From: an uncultured delta proteobacterium
GTDB lineage: Bacteria; Desulfobacterota; Desulfobacteria; Desulfobacterales; QNYZ01
Assembly: GCA_963783425.1 (NCBI GenBank)
Contig: CAWANO010000004.1
Coordinates: 6,969-70,968, forward strand
DNA: 64,000 nucleotides
Reading direction: 5' to 3'
The notes below the pieces were generated by a model. That model was not told where the DNA came from, did not search any database, and saw nothing but the letters and a program-made list of their open reading frames with translations. The translations under genes and the position numbers were made by a program. Positions 1-11,827 of this stretch are shown here, one piece after another; the stretch's first letter is position 1; each line of letters starts with the position of its first letter.

Positions 1-699
1 AACGGCGAAAATTGCCCGTTACGCGGTGTCTTCTCCAGGTGGTAAATTGGTTTAATATACGTGTCTCGCTGATGGCACGATTTCCAATGATCGACAGTTC
101 CGAAAGACGTGCGGGTTCGCCCTTTTGGATGGACACCACCAGCTCAATGAAGCCGTCGGACGGGCGTGTTTGGCCGACAATCTCGACCTTGGCGTCCGGG
201 AAACCCTGGCGCCGGTACACGGTCGCCACCAGTTCGGACTGTTTCGACAGGGCGGCCGGTTTGTAGGGATCTCCGGGCTGAATCGTCAATGCGTTGAGCA
301 CATCGCGTTCAAAAAGCGGTCGCTCGCCACGCACCTGGATATCGAAGATGAGTCTGAACGGTACCAGCTTGAAAAAGAGGGCAATCGTATTCTCCCGTTC
401 GCTGGAGTCGATTTCGATCTGCTCGAAACGTTGAGACATTTTCAGCGCCTGGATGGATTGCTCCAGCCGCTCTGGGGAAAATGGCTGCCCTTTCTTGAGA
501 AAGACGAGAGAAGCGGGCAGGATGTCCAGGTTTTCGCCTCCACCGGGAACCGATTCAATGGTGACCTGAATTTCCGAGACGATGGGTTGAATGACGGCGG
601 CTTCACCTTGCGCCCTGGCGGGCTTTGCGTTGAAAGCCAAGACCGGACCCGTAAGGAGGCAACAGACGATAGGAGGAAGCGGGCGCTTGTGGTGTTCAT
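1..699 (-). CDS. BamA/TamA-family outer-membrane assembly protein, N-terminal POTRA region (partial, runs off left edge)
   Basis: Not in the ORF track. Minus-strand translation reads KRPLPPIVCCLLTGPVLAFNAKPARA (signal-like), then AQGEAAVIQPIVSEIQVTIESVPGG...PFSPERLEQSIQALKMSQRFEQIEID...IFDIQVRGERPLFERDVLNALTIQPGDPYKPAALSKQSELVATVYRRQGFPDAKVEIVG...LSELSIIGNRAISETRILNQF, i.e. tandem POTRA-like repeats. The ATG at 699 is one frame off (apparent 1-nt indel near 680-690). Confidence 0.55.
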
Positions 700-3600
700 C
701 GAAACTCCAGCCGAAAAGTCAGGGCGCCGCCGAAAGCGCCGCTGTTTTCCTGAAACCCCGACAGGAAGATATTTTCCAGAAAACGATACTCGGCCCTGAC
801 CCGACCTTCGAACTCCCCCGCGCGGTCGGTCATGTCATATCTGACCTGCATCCGTTCGGTCAGGTTCTTGCCCAGTGTCACTTTCACGCCGACATTGCCG
901 TCGTCATCCGGTTCGTCCGGTACGGTTTCGATGATGTCGAGCCCGGTAACATTCCTGATGGTCTCACCGTACTGGGAGACAATCAGGTCCGCAAGCATGC
1001 GTGCCGTTGCCTGGGAGTTGCCGCCTTCGCCCTCGACCAACTCGCCAAAGGTTCTGCCCGAAAGCAGGAGCGACAAAATGTCCTGATCATCCAGGGGCGG
1101 GGTGGAGGAGAGCTCGAACTCAAGGGCCTCGGGTGGCCCGGTCACCCTGAGGGTGATCAGCCATTGACGCACGGTGACTTCACTTTCGATATCGAACTCG
1201 GGCGTGGTGCGCTGGGGGTTGATAAAATCAATGACGCCGCGTTTGATGATAAAGCGATTGTTCTGATAGTGGACCACGCCCTCTTCCACGGTGGCTCGCC
1301 CGGTGATGACCGGTTGGTGAACAGGCCCCCGGATTTGAAGATCCGGGGCGACGCTAAGCTGGGCCAGGTTGTTGTCCACCTCGATAGGGTTGCGGGAACC
1401 CACGCCGATATCGAGCCTTAGGTTTCTTAAAAAGGGATTGGCGGGGATCTCCACCGCTTGGGTCTGCGTGACGCGATCTCTCCGGATCAGTCCGGTGGCG
1501 ATTGCCGACAAGGTGTTTAAGACACTGATGTTGACATCTTTATAGTAGAGCCCTTCGATCAACTCAACCTGACCGTTCAGTTTGGCCTGTTGCCAGTCGC
1601 CCTGCAAGTTCAGGTCTGGCGTTGGCGGTGAGATCCATGGTGTCGACGATGGAAAAGGGCAACTGGTATCCGGCCAGCCTGAGATCGAGCTGGCTGGGTT
1701 TCAGGTCGGTCAGGGTCACATTTCCGGTGACCGCCAGTCGCCCCGCCTCCATTTTGGCCGTCAGCTCATCGACAACCGTCAAAGCTTTGTCGGTGATGCG
1801 CAAGGTGCCGTTGACCGACGAAATTTGCTGGTTGAGCTGGGGCAGCACAGCGCTGAGATTGTCGAGCCGTATCTCACCCGCCACCACCGGATTGGGGGCG
1901 GTTCCGGTCAACGGGCCGTAATGCGCAAGGTTCCTTTGGGTTCGGCGACCGCATCGGTGAAAATCTCCAGGGCGGCGAAGGGAAATTTGCCCTGGGCGCT
2001 GAAGTCGAGGGGGCCCTCCAGGCCGCCCTGGCCCTGGATGACCAGATCGCCCTGGTCGAGAAAGGAGACCTTTAAGTTGGGGATCGTCAAGCGGCCGTCG
2101 CGAAAACTGGCTTCGAAGGGCGCGGTGCGCAACAGCTCAAGCCGAGGGGTTGCCAGCTCGATGGTTTGGATGGCGATGTCGGCGCGCATCTGGGAAATGG
2201 CGTCGACTGTCACCGGAGACGGCCACCGTGCCGCTGAAACTGCCGGAGAGATCCTTTTTGCCAAAGGCGATGAAGTAGGGGGCCAGGTCGAGCCCACTGG
2301 CTTCGAGGGTGGCATGGAAGTGATGTTCAACCAAATGGTACGCGCCCGCCAGGGACAATTCCGCTTGCTGGCCATCGAGCTCAAGTTGTCCCTCCTTCAG
2401 GGCGACTTCCAAGCGGGTGTCGCTTAGCGGCAGGTCGTTGATGCGCGTCTGGCTGAGGTCAAAACGGCCGTTGACGGCGGGATTGGAGATTGACCCCTGA
2501 CCCTCCAGCCGGCCGCGCAATATGCCTTCGATGCGCTGGTTGAGCTGCAGCGGCTCAACGTCGGTCAGGTCCAGCGCTGCGGTTTCGATGGCGGCGTCGT
2601 AGCGGCCGTCAAAGGCGATCCAGCCGTGGGCCTTAAGTCGGCTTTGTTCAGAGAGCGAGACTTGGGCTTCATCGATGAAAACGGTGCTGTCGGCCAGGCG
2701 GACGGTGGTGGTCAGTGCGTCGATTTTTTGATAGCCAAAATCGATTGCTTCGGCTTGCAGGCTTCCCTCTCCTTCGAGCGCCGACCAGGGGCCGCGCACC
2801 TGGGCCTCGAGGTCGGCCTTGGCGGTCACTTGCGGCCAGAAGTCGGCCAACTGGATGTCGCGGCCGGACAATTCCAGATCGAAACGGGGGTCTTTCAGCA
2901 AGCGCCATTGGTCAGGCATCAACAGCCATACGTCACCGTTGATCTCCGCCCGGCCAGCGCCATCTTGAGCGACGAGCGGCGCTACATGCAGCCGGCCCTG
3001 CTCGAAACGCGCTTGGGTTCGTACCGCCCCTAGCCGGTAACCCATGGTGGTCATGTCACGCCCGGAGGCCGAGAGCGTAAGCGCCGGCTGGACGAGGCGC
3101 CCGTTGGCCGTCAGGCGCCCGTCGATGACGCCGGTGACGAATTCGGGCGGCACGAAGTCGCCAAGGTCCAGGTTGGTGAAATCCAGCGCCACCTCGCCCG
3201 TGGCATTGACCGGGTTACTGAAAAGGTCCTCACGCCAGGGCAGGTGGGCGCTACCGCTGACGCGCGTAGTTTGGCGCGTTGCCAAGAGGTTTGAAAGGCG
3301 CACGCCCTTTAGGGGGGAGATGGCAAGATCGGCCGTCAGCTGGTCGATGGCGTAGGACTTTATGTTCAGGTTCTTGCCCGTGATTGTGGCACGGGCGGCG
3401 GGTTCGGCGGTGGTGCCCTGGGCTTTGAGGTCTAAAAGGAGCTGGCCGGAGATGTCGTTGATGCCGACCAGCGACAGGGAGCGAGCCAGTTCCGGCGCAT
3501 CGATCTTGGCCAGGACGTCAAACGCGCCGCCATCCAGTGGATAGCGGCCGGATAGATCAACGCGGGTGTCGGCGATCAGACCCTTGATCCGATCGGCTTG

Positions 3601-4933
3601 GAGCGTGCCCTCCTGGAGGCGCGCACCACCGGAAAGGTCGGCCGTCATCGGGCTGGGCATTGCTGCGGTGGCGAGATTGGTGCCCGAAAGGTCGAAGGTT
3701 GCCTCAACCTGGGCGCGACGTGGGTCGATACCGGTGGCGGCCAATGCTAGGTCTCCGCTGAGGCTACCTTGAACGGGCAGCGCCAACCCTTGAGGGTGCC
3801 ATTGGTCGACGTTGAGTTTCAGGCGGTATGCGAGCTTGGAGAGGTCCTGGGGCGCCGTAACGAACCCATGCGGGAAAAGCGGCTCTAAATCGGCAGAGGC
3901 TTCAATCGTCAAAGTGCCGGTGCCGCCACCCGAGGCGTTCATCCGCATCGTTAGCTGTCGGGCCTTGAGGTGCGCCTCGGCCGTTAGCGGGGCTACCGGA
4001 TCACCGGCGATGCTGGCCTCGGTGACGGTGACGGCTAAATTGGCCAACGGTTCCGTCAAGCTCCCCTTGAGATCGAGACTGGCAGTCAGCGTCCCCTCAA
4101 TAGGCCGGTCGATATCCTATTATGGAGCGCAAGGTCGAAACGGAACTCTCGATGTGCGCCTCGAGATTAAATCGGGGCGCTTGGGCGGCGGCGAGGTCGA
4201 TCTCGCCAGTGATTGCCGTACTGGCTTGGTCAAGCGAGAGGGCGAGCGAATCGATGCTGAGACGATTGTCGGTAAACCCTGCCGCAAGCGCCATCGGGCG
4301 CAGCTCAAACGACCGATCGCCGTGGTTGACCATACCTTGGTCGGCGGATGCCTGGAGTGTCGCCGTCAAGGGGGCCGTGTTCATGCCGCCCTTGAGGTCG
4401 AGACTTTGGAGTTCGACACCCAGGGCGCCTGTAGCGTCGGTCCAGCGCAGGGCACCGTCACTCAATTGGATCTCATCGACGCGAACCTGAAATGTCGTTC
4501 CGGATGCCGGCGCTTTTTGGGCCGGCGTTTCGGCCACCTTAACGGGCGAAAAAGCCTCTGCAATGTTGATGGCACCCGATGCCGTATTGGCCAGATTCAG
4601 GTCGGGCCGGTCGATTTCGATGCGTTCCAGAACGAGCGCCTTGTCGCGCAAGGCCCATGGGTCGACGCGAACATGGAGTCGCGGCAGGATGAGAACGGGG
4701 TCGCCTTGGGCGTCGTCAATGCGTATCCCATGCAGGGTCAACTCCCGGCGTCGCAGGGAGAGGTCCAAGTTATCAAAGCTAAGATTGCCTTTGATACGGT
4801 CATTGACCAGCTGCTGCAGGCGTTGCCGGGCGTCGTGGGAATGGAGGTAGGCGACGCTCGCGGCCATAAGCAGTGCCGTCAGAAGGAGTATCGCGCCCAA
4901 TACAAGGCCGATTCGCTTTAGCGCTTTAGTCAT
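696..4933 (-). CDS. tamB: Translocation and assembly module protein TamB (DUF490 C-terminus), split by about 4 apparent frameshifts
   Basis: Five collinear minus-strand ORF pieces: 4097-4933, 2137-4059, 1908-2384, 1564-1911, 696-1607. It has an N-terminal anchor IGLVLGAILLLTALLMAA, a long beta-rich repetitive body, and a DUF490-like end ...GRVRAEYRFLENIFLSGFQENSGAFGGALTFRLEFR. Frame changes lie near 4090, 2215, 1910 and 1600. Confidence 0.75.
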
Positions 4934-4987
4934 GGGTTCAAGTCACCGTTAGAGGCCATTATCAGTGGCTTTTTCGAGAGGGGCCGT

Positions 4988-5683
4988 TTACACACAGAGG
5001 TACTTTTGCCGGGCGGTTTGGTCGGTGCGCAAGGCGTCACTGGTGCCATGGTAGCGAATGGCGCCGTTGTCGATGATGTAGGCCCGGTCGCTCAAATCCA
5101 ACGCCACCATCAAGTTTTGCTCGGCCAGCAAGACGGTGAGCCCCTCCTGCTTCAAGCGCAGGATGTTATCAATCAAGGCGCGTACGATCAATGGGGCCAA
5201 GCCTTCGGTGGGTTCATCGAGCAGCAGCAGGTCGGGGTTGGTCATCAAGGCCCGGGCGATGGTGAGCATCTGCTGCTCGCCCCCGCTGAGAAAACCGGCC
5301 CGGCGCTGGCGAATGTCCCCCAGGGCCGGGAAGAATTCAAAAACGCGCGCAACGTTCCAATCGGCACGGCGGTCGTAGCGGGCGGAGATCTCAAGGTTTT
5401 CCACCACGCTGAGATCGGCGAACACCCGCCGGTCGTCGGGTACATAGCCCACGCCCTTGCGGGCGATCTGGAAGGGCTTGCGGCCACGGCAGGTTTCGCC
5501 CTTGAACATGATTTGTCCCTGGCGGGGCGGCACCATGTTCATGATGCTCTTCATGGTGGTGCTCTTGCCGGCGCCGTTGCGGCCCAAAAGCGCCACCACT
5601 TCACCCGGGTTGACTTCCAGCGAAACACCAAAAAGGATGTGGCTGAGGCCGTAGTAGGTGTGAATCTCTTCTACACGAAGCAT
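4988..5683 (-). CDS. livF: Branched-chain amino acid-type ABC transporter ATP-binding protein LivF
   Basis: Intact 231 aa. Walker A GRNGAGKST, signature LSGGEQQML, Walker B LLLLDEP. Overlaps the upstream livG stop. Confidence 0.85.
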   Translation of the reverse strand: MLRVEEIHTYYGLSHILFGVSLEVNPGEVVALLGRNGAGKSTTMKSIMNMVPPRQGQIMFKGETCRGRKPFQIARKGVGYVPDDRRVFADLSVVENLEISARYDRRADWNVARVFEFFPALGDIRQRRAGFLSGGEQQMLTIARALMTNPDLLLLDEPTEGLAPLIVRALIDNILRLKQEGLTVLLAEQNLMVALDLSDRAYIIDNGAIRYHGTSDALRTDQTARQKYLCV

Positions 5684-6426
5684 TGGTCGGCGCCTCCCAG
5701 GTAGGCCTCCTGAACACGGCGCGTGTTGTGCGCTAACGGTTTCGCGGGTCGGCCTGAATCAAGCGTTCGTCCCTGGTGCATCACCATGATGCGGTCGGCG
5801 ATGGCAAATACCAGGTTCATGTCGTGTTCGCAAAAGAGCACGGTCAGCCCCATCTGCCCGGAGAGTCGCTTCATCAAGGCCAGGGTGGTGGCTGTTTCTT
5901 CGGGCGACATGCCGGCCGTGGGTTCATCGAGGATCAGCAGTTGAGGATCGCTTCCCAAGGCAACGGCGATCTCCAGCACTTTTTGATCGCCGTGGGAGAG
6001 CGATCCGCTGACATGGTCGGCTTTGCCGGCCAGACCGATGCTGTCGAGAATGGCCATGGTCGGTCCAACGGCCTGTTTTCGAGCGGCCGAGAAGATCTGG
6101 CGGGTTATACCCTGCCTGGCCATCACCGCGATTTGCACATTTTCAAACACACTCAGGCGGTTGAAGATGTTGACCACCTGGTAGGAGCGGGCCATGCCGC
6201 GGCGGCAAATGAGATGCGGTGCCAGAGTGGTGATCTCTCTGCCCTTGAACACTACCCGGCCGGCATCGGGCCTGAGTTGGCCGGTGATCAGATTGAACAA
6301 GGTGGTCTTGCCGGCGCCGTTTGGCCCGATGACGGCCACCACCTCGTTGGCCTCCACCGTCAGGTGGGCTTCCTGGACGGCCTGAAAGCCGTCGAACGAT
6401 TTCTGAAGATTCTCCACCAGGAGCAT
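5671..6426 (-). CDS. livG: Branched-chain amino acid-type ABC transporter ATP-binding protein LivG
   Basis: MLLVENLQKSFDGFQAV..GPNGAGKTTLFNLITG..LSHGDQKVLEIAVAL..LILDEPTAGM...EAYLG. The start is set at MLLVENL (6426), one base from the livM stop codon; the track ORF extends to 6477. Confidence 0.85.
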   Translation of the reverse strand: MLLVENLQKSFDGFQAVQEAHLTVEANEVVAVIGPNGAGKTTLFNLITGQLRPDAGRVVFKGREITTLAPHLICRRGMARSYQVVNIFNRLSVFENVQIAVMARQGITRQIFSAARKQAVGPTMAILDSIGLAGKADHVSGSLSHGDQKVLEIAVALGSDPQLLILDEPTAGMSPEETATTLALMKRLSGQMGLTVLFCEHDMNLVFAIADRIMVMHQGRTLDSGRPAKPLAHNTRRVQEAYLGGADQCFV

Positions 6427-6427
6427 T

Positions 6428-7374
6428 TTATGTCTGCCTCTTCTTGCCGCGGGGTTTAAACAAAAACCCCAAAACACCTTCGGGCAGGAAAAAGATCAGC
6501 AGCATCAACACCACCCCCAGAATCAGGGTCCAGTATTCGGTGTAGATGCCGACAAAGGTGCGCAGCAGCACGATAATGGCCGCACCCAGCATGGGGCCCA
6601 TGAAAACAAACCATCCGCCCAGCAGGCACATGATCAGAATTTCCAGCGAGAGGGTCCAGAAGATCAGTTCCGGAAAGACGCTGCCTTCCACGGTGACAAA
6701 GAGGGAGCCGGCCACCCCGGCGAAGGACCCGGCCAGCACCAGCCCCAGCAGTTGATGGCGGCGGACGTTTACCCCCACGGCGGCGGTGCGCTCGGGGTTG
6801 TCGCGAATGCCTTGAAAGGTGCGTCCGAAGGGCGATTGCACGATGCGGTACATCAGGGTCATGCAGACCACACACACCGCCAGGGTAAAATAGTAGGCGC
6901 CGCTGGTGGCGGCCACGGCGACCGGCATGGCCACCCCGTGGATACCGTCATCGCCGCCGGTGAATCCATACCAGCGGTATACCACCGCCCAAACCAGCGA
7001 GCCCAGCGATATCTGCAGCATGCCGAAGTAGAGCTTGGAGAGGCGCAGGGTGATCAGCCCCATAGCCAGCTCAACAGGGCCGCGGCCAGCGGCGCGGCCA
7101 GGTATCCCAGCCAGGGGGAGAGGCGGTTTTGGTGATCAGCAGGGTAAAGGCGTAGGCGCCGACGCCGTAAAAGACGGCATGATGAAACTGGTACATCCCG
7201 CCAAACCCAAGCACCAGGTTCAAACTGGTGGCCAGCAGCCCGGTCACCAGGACCAGCGAGGTCAGGTAAACATAGTAGCGCGATGTGAACTGCGGCCAAT
7301 ACCAACAAGCCCAGCACCATCGCCGCCATGATCCAGGCGTGGAGGTTTTTTACGTTATGACTCCTCGACAACAC
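6428..7374 (-). CDS. livM: ABC transporter permease LivM family, apparent frameshifts
   Basis: The C-terminal 211 aa (6428-7063) are a typical LivM permease (GDDGIHG.., multiple TM helices). The N-terminus MLSRSHNVKNLHAWIMAAMVLGLLVLAAV sits in the 7054-7374 ORF. The frame is lost between about 7060 and 7270. Confidence 0.7.
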
Positions 7375-7418
7375 GTTCTCCTCAGTGTGGATCAGTTATC
7401 CATTGGGCCGCAGGATGA

Positions 7419-8313
7419 CTACCAGGTCGACTTCAACAACCCCTTGGGCCGAAAGAGCAGTACCGTCACCACCGCCATGTAGGGAAACACAATGGCGAAC
7501 TGGGGCCAGACCAGGATCCCGATGGCATCGGTCAATCCAAAGATCAGCGCCCCCAGAAGAGCCCCCCAGATGTTGCCCAGCCCGCCGATGATGACGATCA
7601 AAAAGGCCTCGATGATAATGGCGTGATCCATGCCCTGGGTGATGTTCTGGGTCGGGGCCACCAGGGCGCCGCCCAGCCCGGCCAGAAAGCAGCCGATCAC
7701 AAATACCCAGGCGAATACCCAGCTGACGTTGATTCCCAACGGCCGAGACCATCTCGCGGTCCACGGCCGCCGCCCGGGCGATTTTGCCGATGTTGGTTTT
7801 GTTGGTCAACAGCCACAACCCCAAGGCCACCAGGGGGCCGACGATCAGCAGAAACAGGTTGTAGCGGGGAAAGGGCAGGCCAAAAATGGAAAAAGACCCC
7901 TGCAGCAAGGGCGGCGCCGAAAGGCTGCGGTAATCCGAGCCCCACACCAACTTGACCAGATCGCCGAACACCAGCGTAAAAGCGAAGGTGAACAGCAGCA
8001 GCATCAAGTGTTCACGCTCGTAGAGGTGGCAAAAGAGGCCCCGCTCCACGACAAAGCTGATCAGGGCCACGCCCAAGGGCGCCAGCATCAGGGCCAGCCA
8101 GAACCCCGCCGTGCCGCCGATGGCCGTGGCCACGGCGTGGGTCAAAAAGGCGCCGATCATGTAGAGCGACCCGTGGGCCACGTTGGGGATGCGCAGCACC
8201 CCCAGGACCAAGCTCAGCCCCGAGGCCACGATGAACAGGATCGTGGTCCGGCTGAGGCCCACCAGGATCTGCTGCAACAAAGCGACCAGGGTGATGTTGG
8301 CGGCAAACTCCAT
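7419..8313 (-). CDS. livH: ABC transporter permease LivH family, one apparent frameshift near 7735
   Basis: 7396-8313 is LivH-like for about 195 aa (MEFAANITLVALLQQILVGLSRTTILFIVASGLSLVLGVLRIPNVAHGSLYMIGAF...AAAVDREMVSAVG). It continues in ORF 7419-7739 (GINVSWVFAWVFVIGCFLAGLGGALVAP...LLFRPKGLL). Confidence 0.75.
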
Positions 8314-8319
8314 GAGCGA

Positions 8320-9539
8320 CTACTCACCCCGTGCTTTTTTGATCTCCTCGATGGTGGGCATGACCTCATCGCCGGGTATGGTGACGATATCGGTGGCGAT
8401 CAGAAAATCATGGTCAGGGCTCTTTTTGGTGGCGCCCATGAACATGGGCAGCATGGCCTGGTGATCGTAGGCCCGCATGGTGACCGGGCCCACGGGGGTT
8501 TCCACGGTCAAGCCCTCCAGGGCGTCGATGAACTTCTCCGTGTCGACCTCGCCCGCTTTTTCATAGGCGTCCTTGATGAAATCGGCCGCCATGGAGCCGT
8601 AGACCGCGCCCACGGCCGGGTAGCGGTCGTAGGCCTTCTGGAAGTTCGCCACGAAGGCTTTGTTTTCGGGGGTTTCCGGATAATAGAAGTAGTAGTTGGA
8701 GGTGCCGATCACCCCTTCGGGGGCATCCAGCCCCAAGGGCTTCAAGGTGGACAGTTCGGTGGCCGTGTGCATGTAGAAGGGCACTCTTTCATTGAAGCCG
8801 GTGGCTTTGGCGGCCTTGAGAAACGGCACGCAATCGCGGCCGCCGGTGGCCACGATGACCGCATCCGGTTTGGCGGCCAGAATGGCGGTGATGTAAGGCG
8901 TGAAGTCGGGTTCGCCCACTTTCCACCAGGACTGCCCCAGCAGCTCCACCTCGGGTTTGAGGGCCTTTAGGTTTTCCCAGACACCGTCGGCAATGGCATG
9001 GCCGTATTCATAGTCGTCACCGGCGATCCAGTACTTGACAAACGGTTTTTTGGCCAGGCCCACCGCGGCGGCCTTGCCGGCCAGGGCGGTGTTTTCGGTA
9101 ATGGAGAAGACGTAGCGGTGCCCGTTTTCACCGGTGATCTTGGCGCTCTTGGAAAAGGTGACCAGGAAGGGGATCTTTTCCTTTTTGGCCAGATCGGAAA
9201 TGGCCAGGGCCAGGGAGCTGTTGATGGTGCCCATGAGGATGTCGACTTCCTCCCGCAGCACCAGCTCCTTGGCGGCGGCCAGCCCCAGATCGACCTTGAA
9301 CTTACTGTCGCGGGTGACGAACTCGATCTGTTGGCCCAGCACGCCGCCCTGCGGCGTTGATCTCGTCCACGGCCAGCTTGAAGGCGTCGCGGACATCGTT
9401 GGTGTAGGTGCTGGGGGGGCCGCTGTAGCAGTCCACGATCCCCACCTTGATCACATTTTCAGCCAGAAGCGGTCCGGCCAGGCAAAAGCATGGCCAGCAA
9501 GGTAAGCATTGAAATACGCCCGAATACATGATGTTTCAT
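8320..9539 (-). CDS. ABC transporter periplasmic substrate-binding protein (LivK/LivJ family), two apparent frameshifts
   Basis: The body is 8320-9396 (GVLGQQIEFVTRDSKFKVDLGLAAAKELV...). The mature N-terminus AENVIKVGIVDCYSGPPSTYTNDVRDAFKLAVDEINAAG is in the 9302-9529 frame. The signal peptide MKHHVFGRISMLTLLAML starts at 9539 behind an AAGGAGG RBS and loses frame at the A-run 9484-9487. Confidence 0.75.
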
Positions 9540-10349
9540 GACCAACCTCCTTTGTTTAGGTTTCAGGGTCGATGGTTCAAGACGGATAACGGTTTTTTGT
9601 CCCTGTCTATCAAGCACGAGGATATGTAGCGCCCGCGGTCCATGGGCGCCGTGCACCATGGTGGCCTCGATATCGGCCGTTTTGCTGGGGCCGGTGATCA
9701 TCGTTAGGCTGTTGCCCAGCGGGTCAGCCGCCGTCACGAATGTCGCTATCCAGCAGACGATAAAGACGTTTTCAAGTCGGGGATGATTTGACTCTGACGG
9801 ACGACGGCGACGTGAATCGACGGTAACAAAGAGGTTGCGCGGGGCTGTCCGGGGGCGGTTTGACAGCACCAGCGTGGCCGTGTCGGCCAGGCAGTAAAGG
9901 GCCGAGGTGATGCCGATGTAGGCGTCGGCCATCATCTGTCGCCATGCTTCTTTTGGGGGCGCCGACCCAATAGGAAGGGCGTCGCTGCCGAGATTGTGGA
10001 CAGCGATTTTCTCTGCCGCCAGTCGCTCCTTGAGCTGCAAGGCGTTCACCAGAGGGTGGTCCCAGCAGACGATCTGCTTGGTGTCGCTCCACTCGGGTTG
10101 ACTTTCGACGGCCAGGCGAGCGATGGCCGTCGCCGCTGTTGCGGGATCCGACACAGCCGTAACCGGGGTTTGCATGGCGGCACCAGCCGCTGAGAGTTGT
10201 TCCAGTATAGAACCGTCCGGCGGGAGCGTCTGCGCTGATGGCTCCGGGGTGACAAAGAGGGCCGCGGCGCCACGGCTTTTTACAGGGTCATGGCCCAGGG
10301 CCCGGCGGATTTTAGCCAGAAAGGCTTGGCGGTCGCGCATGGCACTCAT
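9459..10349 (-). CDS. lutC: Lactate utilization protein C (LutC, LUD domain); internal frameshifts, 3' end uncertain
   Basis: MSAMRDRQAFLAKIRRALG...IGITSALYCLADTATLVLS...MITGPSKTADIEATMVHGAHGPRALHILVL. The middle segment GQPRATSLLPSIHVAVVRQSQIIPDL is only readable in another frame (about 9790-9870). The track ORF reads through into the next gene's start, so the true stop is unclear. Confidence 0.6.
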   Translation of the reverse strand: MSAMRDRQAFLAKIRRALGHDPVKSRGAAALFVTPEPSAQTLPPDGSILEQLSAAGAAMQTPVTAVSDPATAATAIARLAVESQPEWSDTKQIVCWDHPLVNALQLKERLAAEKIAVHNLGSDALPIGSAPPKEAWRQMMADAYIGITSALYCLADTATLVLSNRPRTAPRNLFVTVDSRRRRPSESNHPRLENVFIVCWIATFVTAADPLGNSLTMITGPSKTADIEATMVHGAHGPRALHILVLDRQGQKTVIRLEPSTLKPKQRRLVMKHHVFGRISMLTLLAMLLPGRTASG

Positions 10350-11798
10350 GATTTTTTGGCTCGTCGCTCGCGCCAGCGGCGGTTAAAGGTTCTGGTTGCC
10401 AAGGGTTTCAAGTCGCGCTGTTCGGTCCAGCCGGAAAAAGGGGGCGGAAGCCGGCGCAGCATACCGTCCGAGCGGGGCAGAGCGGTTTGTCCGGCGGCGG
10501 CCAGGCGTAGCATTAGGTCGTAGATCCGGCGGCTGGCAGTCGCGCGTGACCAACCTTTAAAAACCACGCGTTCCAGCGGGTTAGCGGCTTTGACCTCCCA
10601 GCGCGCATCGCCCTGGGCTAGCTTGACCCGCAAGGCATGCAGCATGCGCGGCAGATCGACGTCCACCGGGCAGGCCTCCTTGCAGGCCCCGCAGAGGGTT
10701 TCGCCCAGGCAGAGGTCCTTGGCTTGGTTTATGCCGACAAGAAGAGGCGTAACCACCGCGCCGATGGGGCCGCTGTAAGCCGAACCGTAGGCATGGCCGC
10801 CGATTTTGGCATAAACCGGGCAGATGTTGAGGCAGGCGCCACAGCGGATGCAGCACAGCGCTTCGCGAAATTCGGGGTCGGCCAGGATGCGCGAGCGTCC
10901 ATTGTCGATGATAATGACGTGAAAGGCCTCCGGGCCGTCGATTTGATCGGCCCGCCGCGGGCCGCCCACGTAGCTGACGTAGCCGGCCATGTTCTGGGCC
11001 GCGGCACCCAGCGCCAGCAGCCGAAAGAGCATGTCATGATCGGCGAGGCGGGCCGTGATGCGCTCCATGCCCATCAGCACCACATGCACCCGGGGGCAGG
11101 GTGGCGGCCATGCGGATATTGCCCTCGTTGGAAAGGGTGGTGATATGCCCCGTTTGCGCGCAGGCAACGTTACAGCCGGTAATACCCATGTCGGCTGCCA
11201 GAAATTTGGCCCGCAGGACTTTACGGGCCGCCTGAGTCAAGGTGGATGGATCCTCGCTGTAGGCGATGCCCAGTTTGGTGGCAAAAAGGCGACCGATCTC
11301 CTGGCGGGTTTTATGGATGGCCGGGGCGATGATATGCGAGGGATGCTCGGCGGCCAACTGCACGATATACTCGCCCATGTCGGTTTCCACTGTTTCGATG
11401 CCGTGGCGTTGAAAATAGGGGTTGAGACCGATCTCCTCGCTGACCATGGACTTGCCCTTGACGGCCAGTGCGACTCCGTGGCGGCGGGCGATGCCTAAGC
11501 AGGCCTGCAGGGCGGCATGGGCATCGACGGCAAAGTGGATTTGGCCGCCATTGGCTTCGATACGCTCGGCGAAACGCTCGAGCAGAATATCGAGATTTTC
11601 AATGGCCGCCATGCGCCGCTGATGGGCGATCTGGCGTAGCTGCGGCCCCTCGGGCAAGTTCAGATACCCGCGGGCCGTCCCGCGGCCGAAGCGCTCCTGT
11701 AAGTTGACCAGGGCGCGCTGCAGGACCGGGTTGGCAATGCCTAAACTGGCGTTTTGTTTGTAATGCTCGGGCGTCATGAAGCCTTCGGTCATCGGCAT
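10346..11798 (-). CDS. lutB: Lactate utilization iron-sulfur protein LutB, one apparent frameshift near 11100
   Basis: The N-terminal piece is 11034-11798 (...GITGCNVACAQTGHITTLSNEGNIRMAATLP). The C-terminal piece is 10346-11167, carrying the ferredoxin motifs CIRCGACLNICPVY and CGACKEACPV. Confidence 0.8.
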
Positions 11799-11827
11799 TT
11801 TTGTTCAATAACTAATATCATCTCCAT

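Noticed and set aside
4097-4099. The TGA ending the first tamB piece, considered as a possible read-through or Sec codon.
   Set aside because: The continuation of the protein (IDRPIEGTLTASLDLKGSLTEPLANL...) is in a different frame. This is therefore a frameshift, not an in-frame stop.
7630-8970. A 446-aa plus-strand ORF. Similar long ORFs occur at 5006-5704, 14035-14928, 17902-19080, 35100-36050, 47004-47678 and 53011-54006.
   Set aside because: All lie exactly antisense to well-supported genes (livH/binding protein, livF, phaC-like, phaC, URO-D, acyl-CoA ligase, DUF389). Their translations are low-complexity and G/H/R/Q/A-rich. These are typical shadow ORFs of GC-rich DNA.
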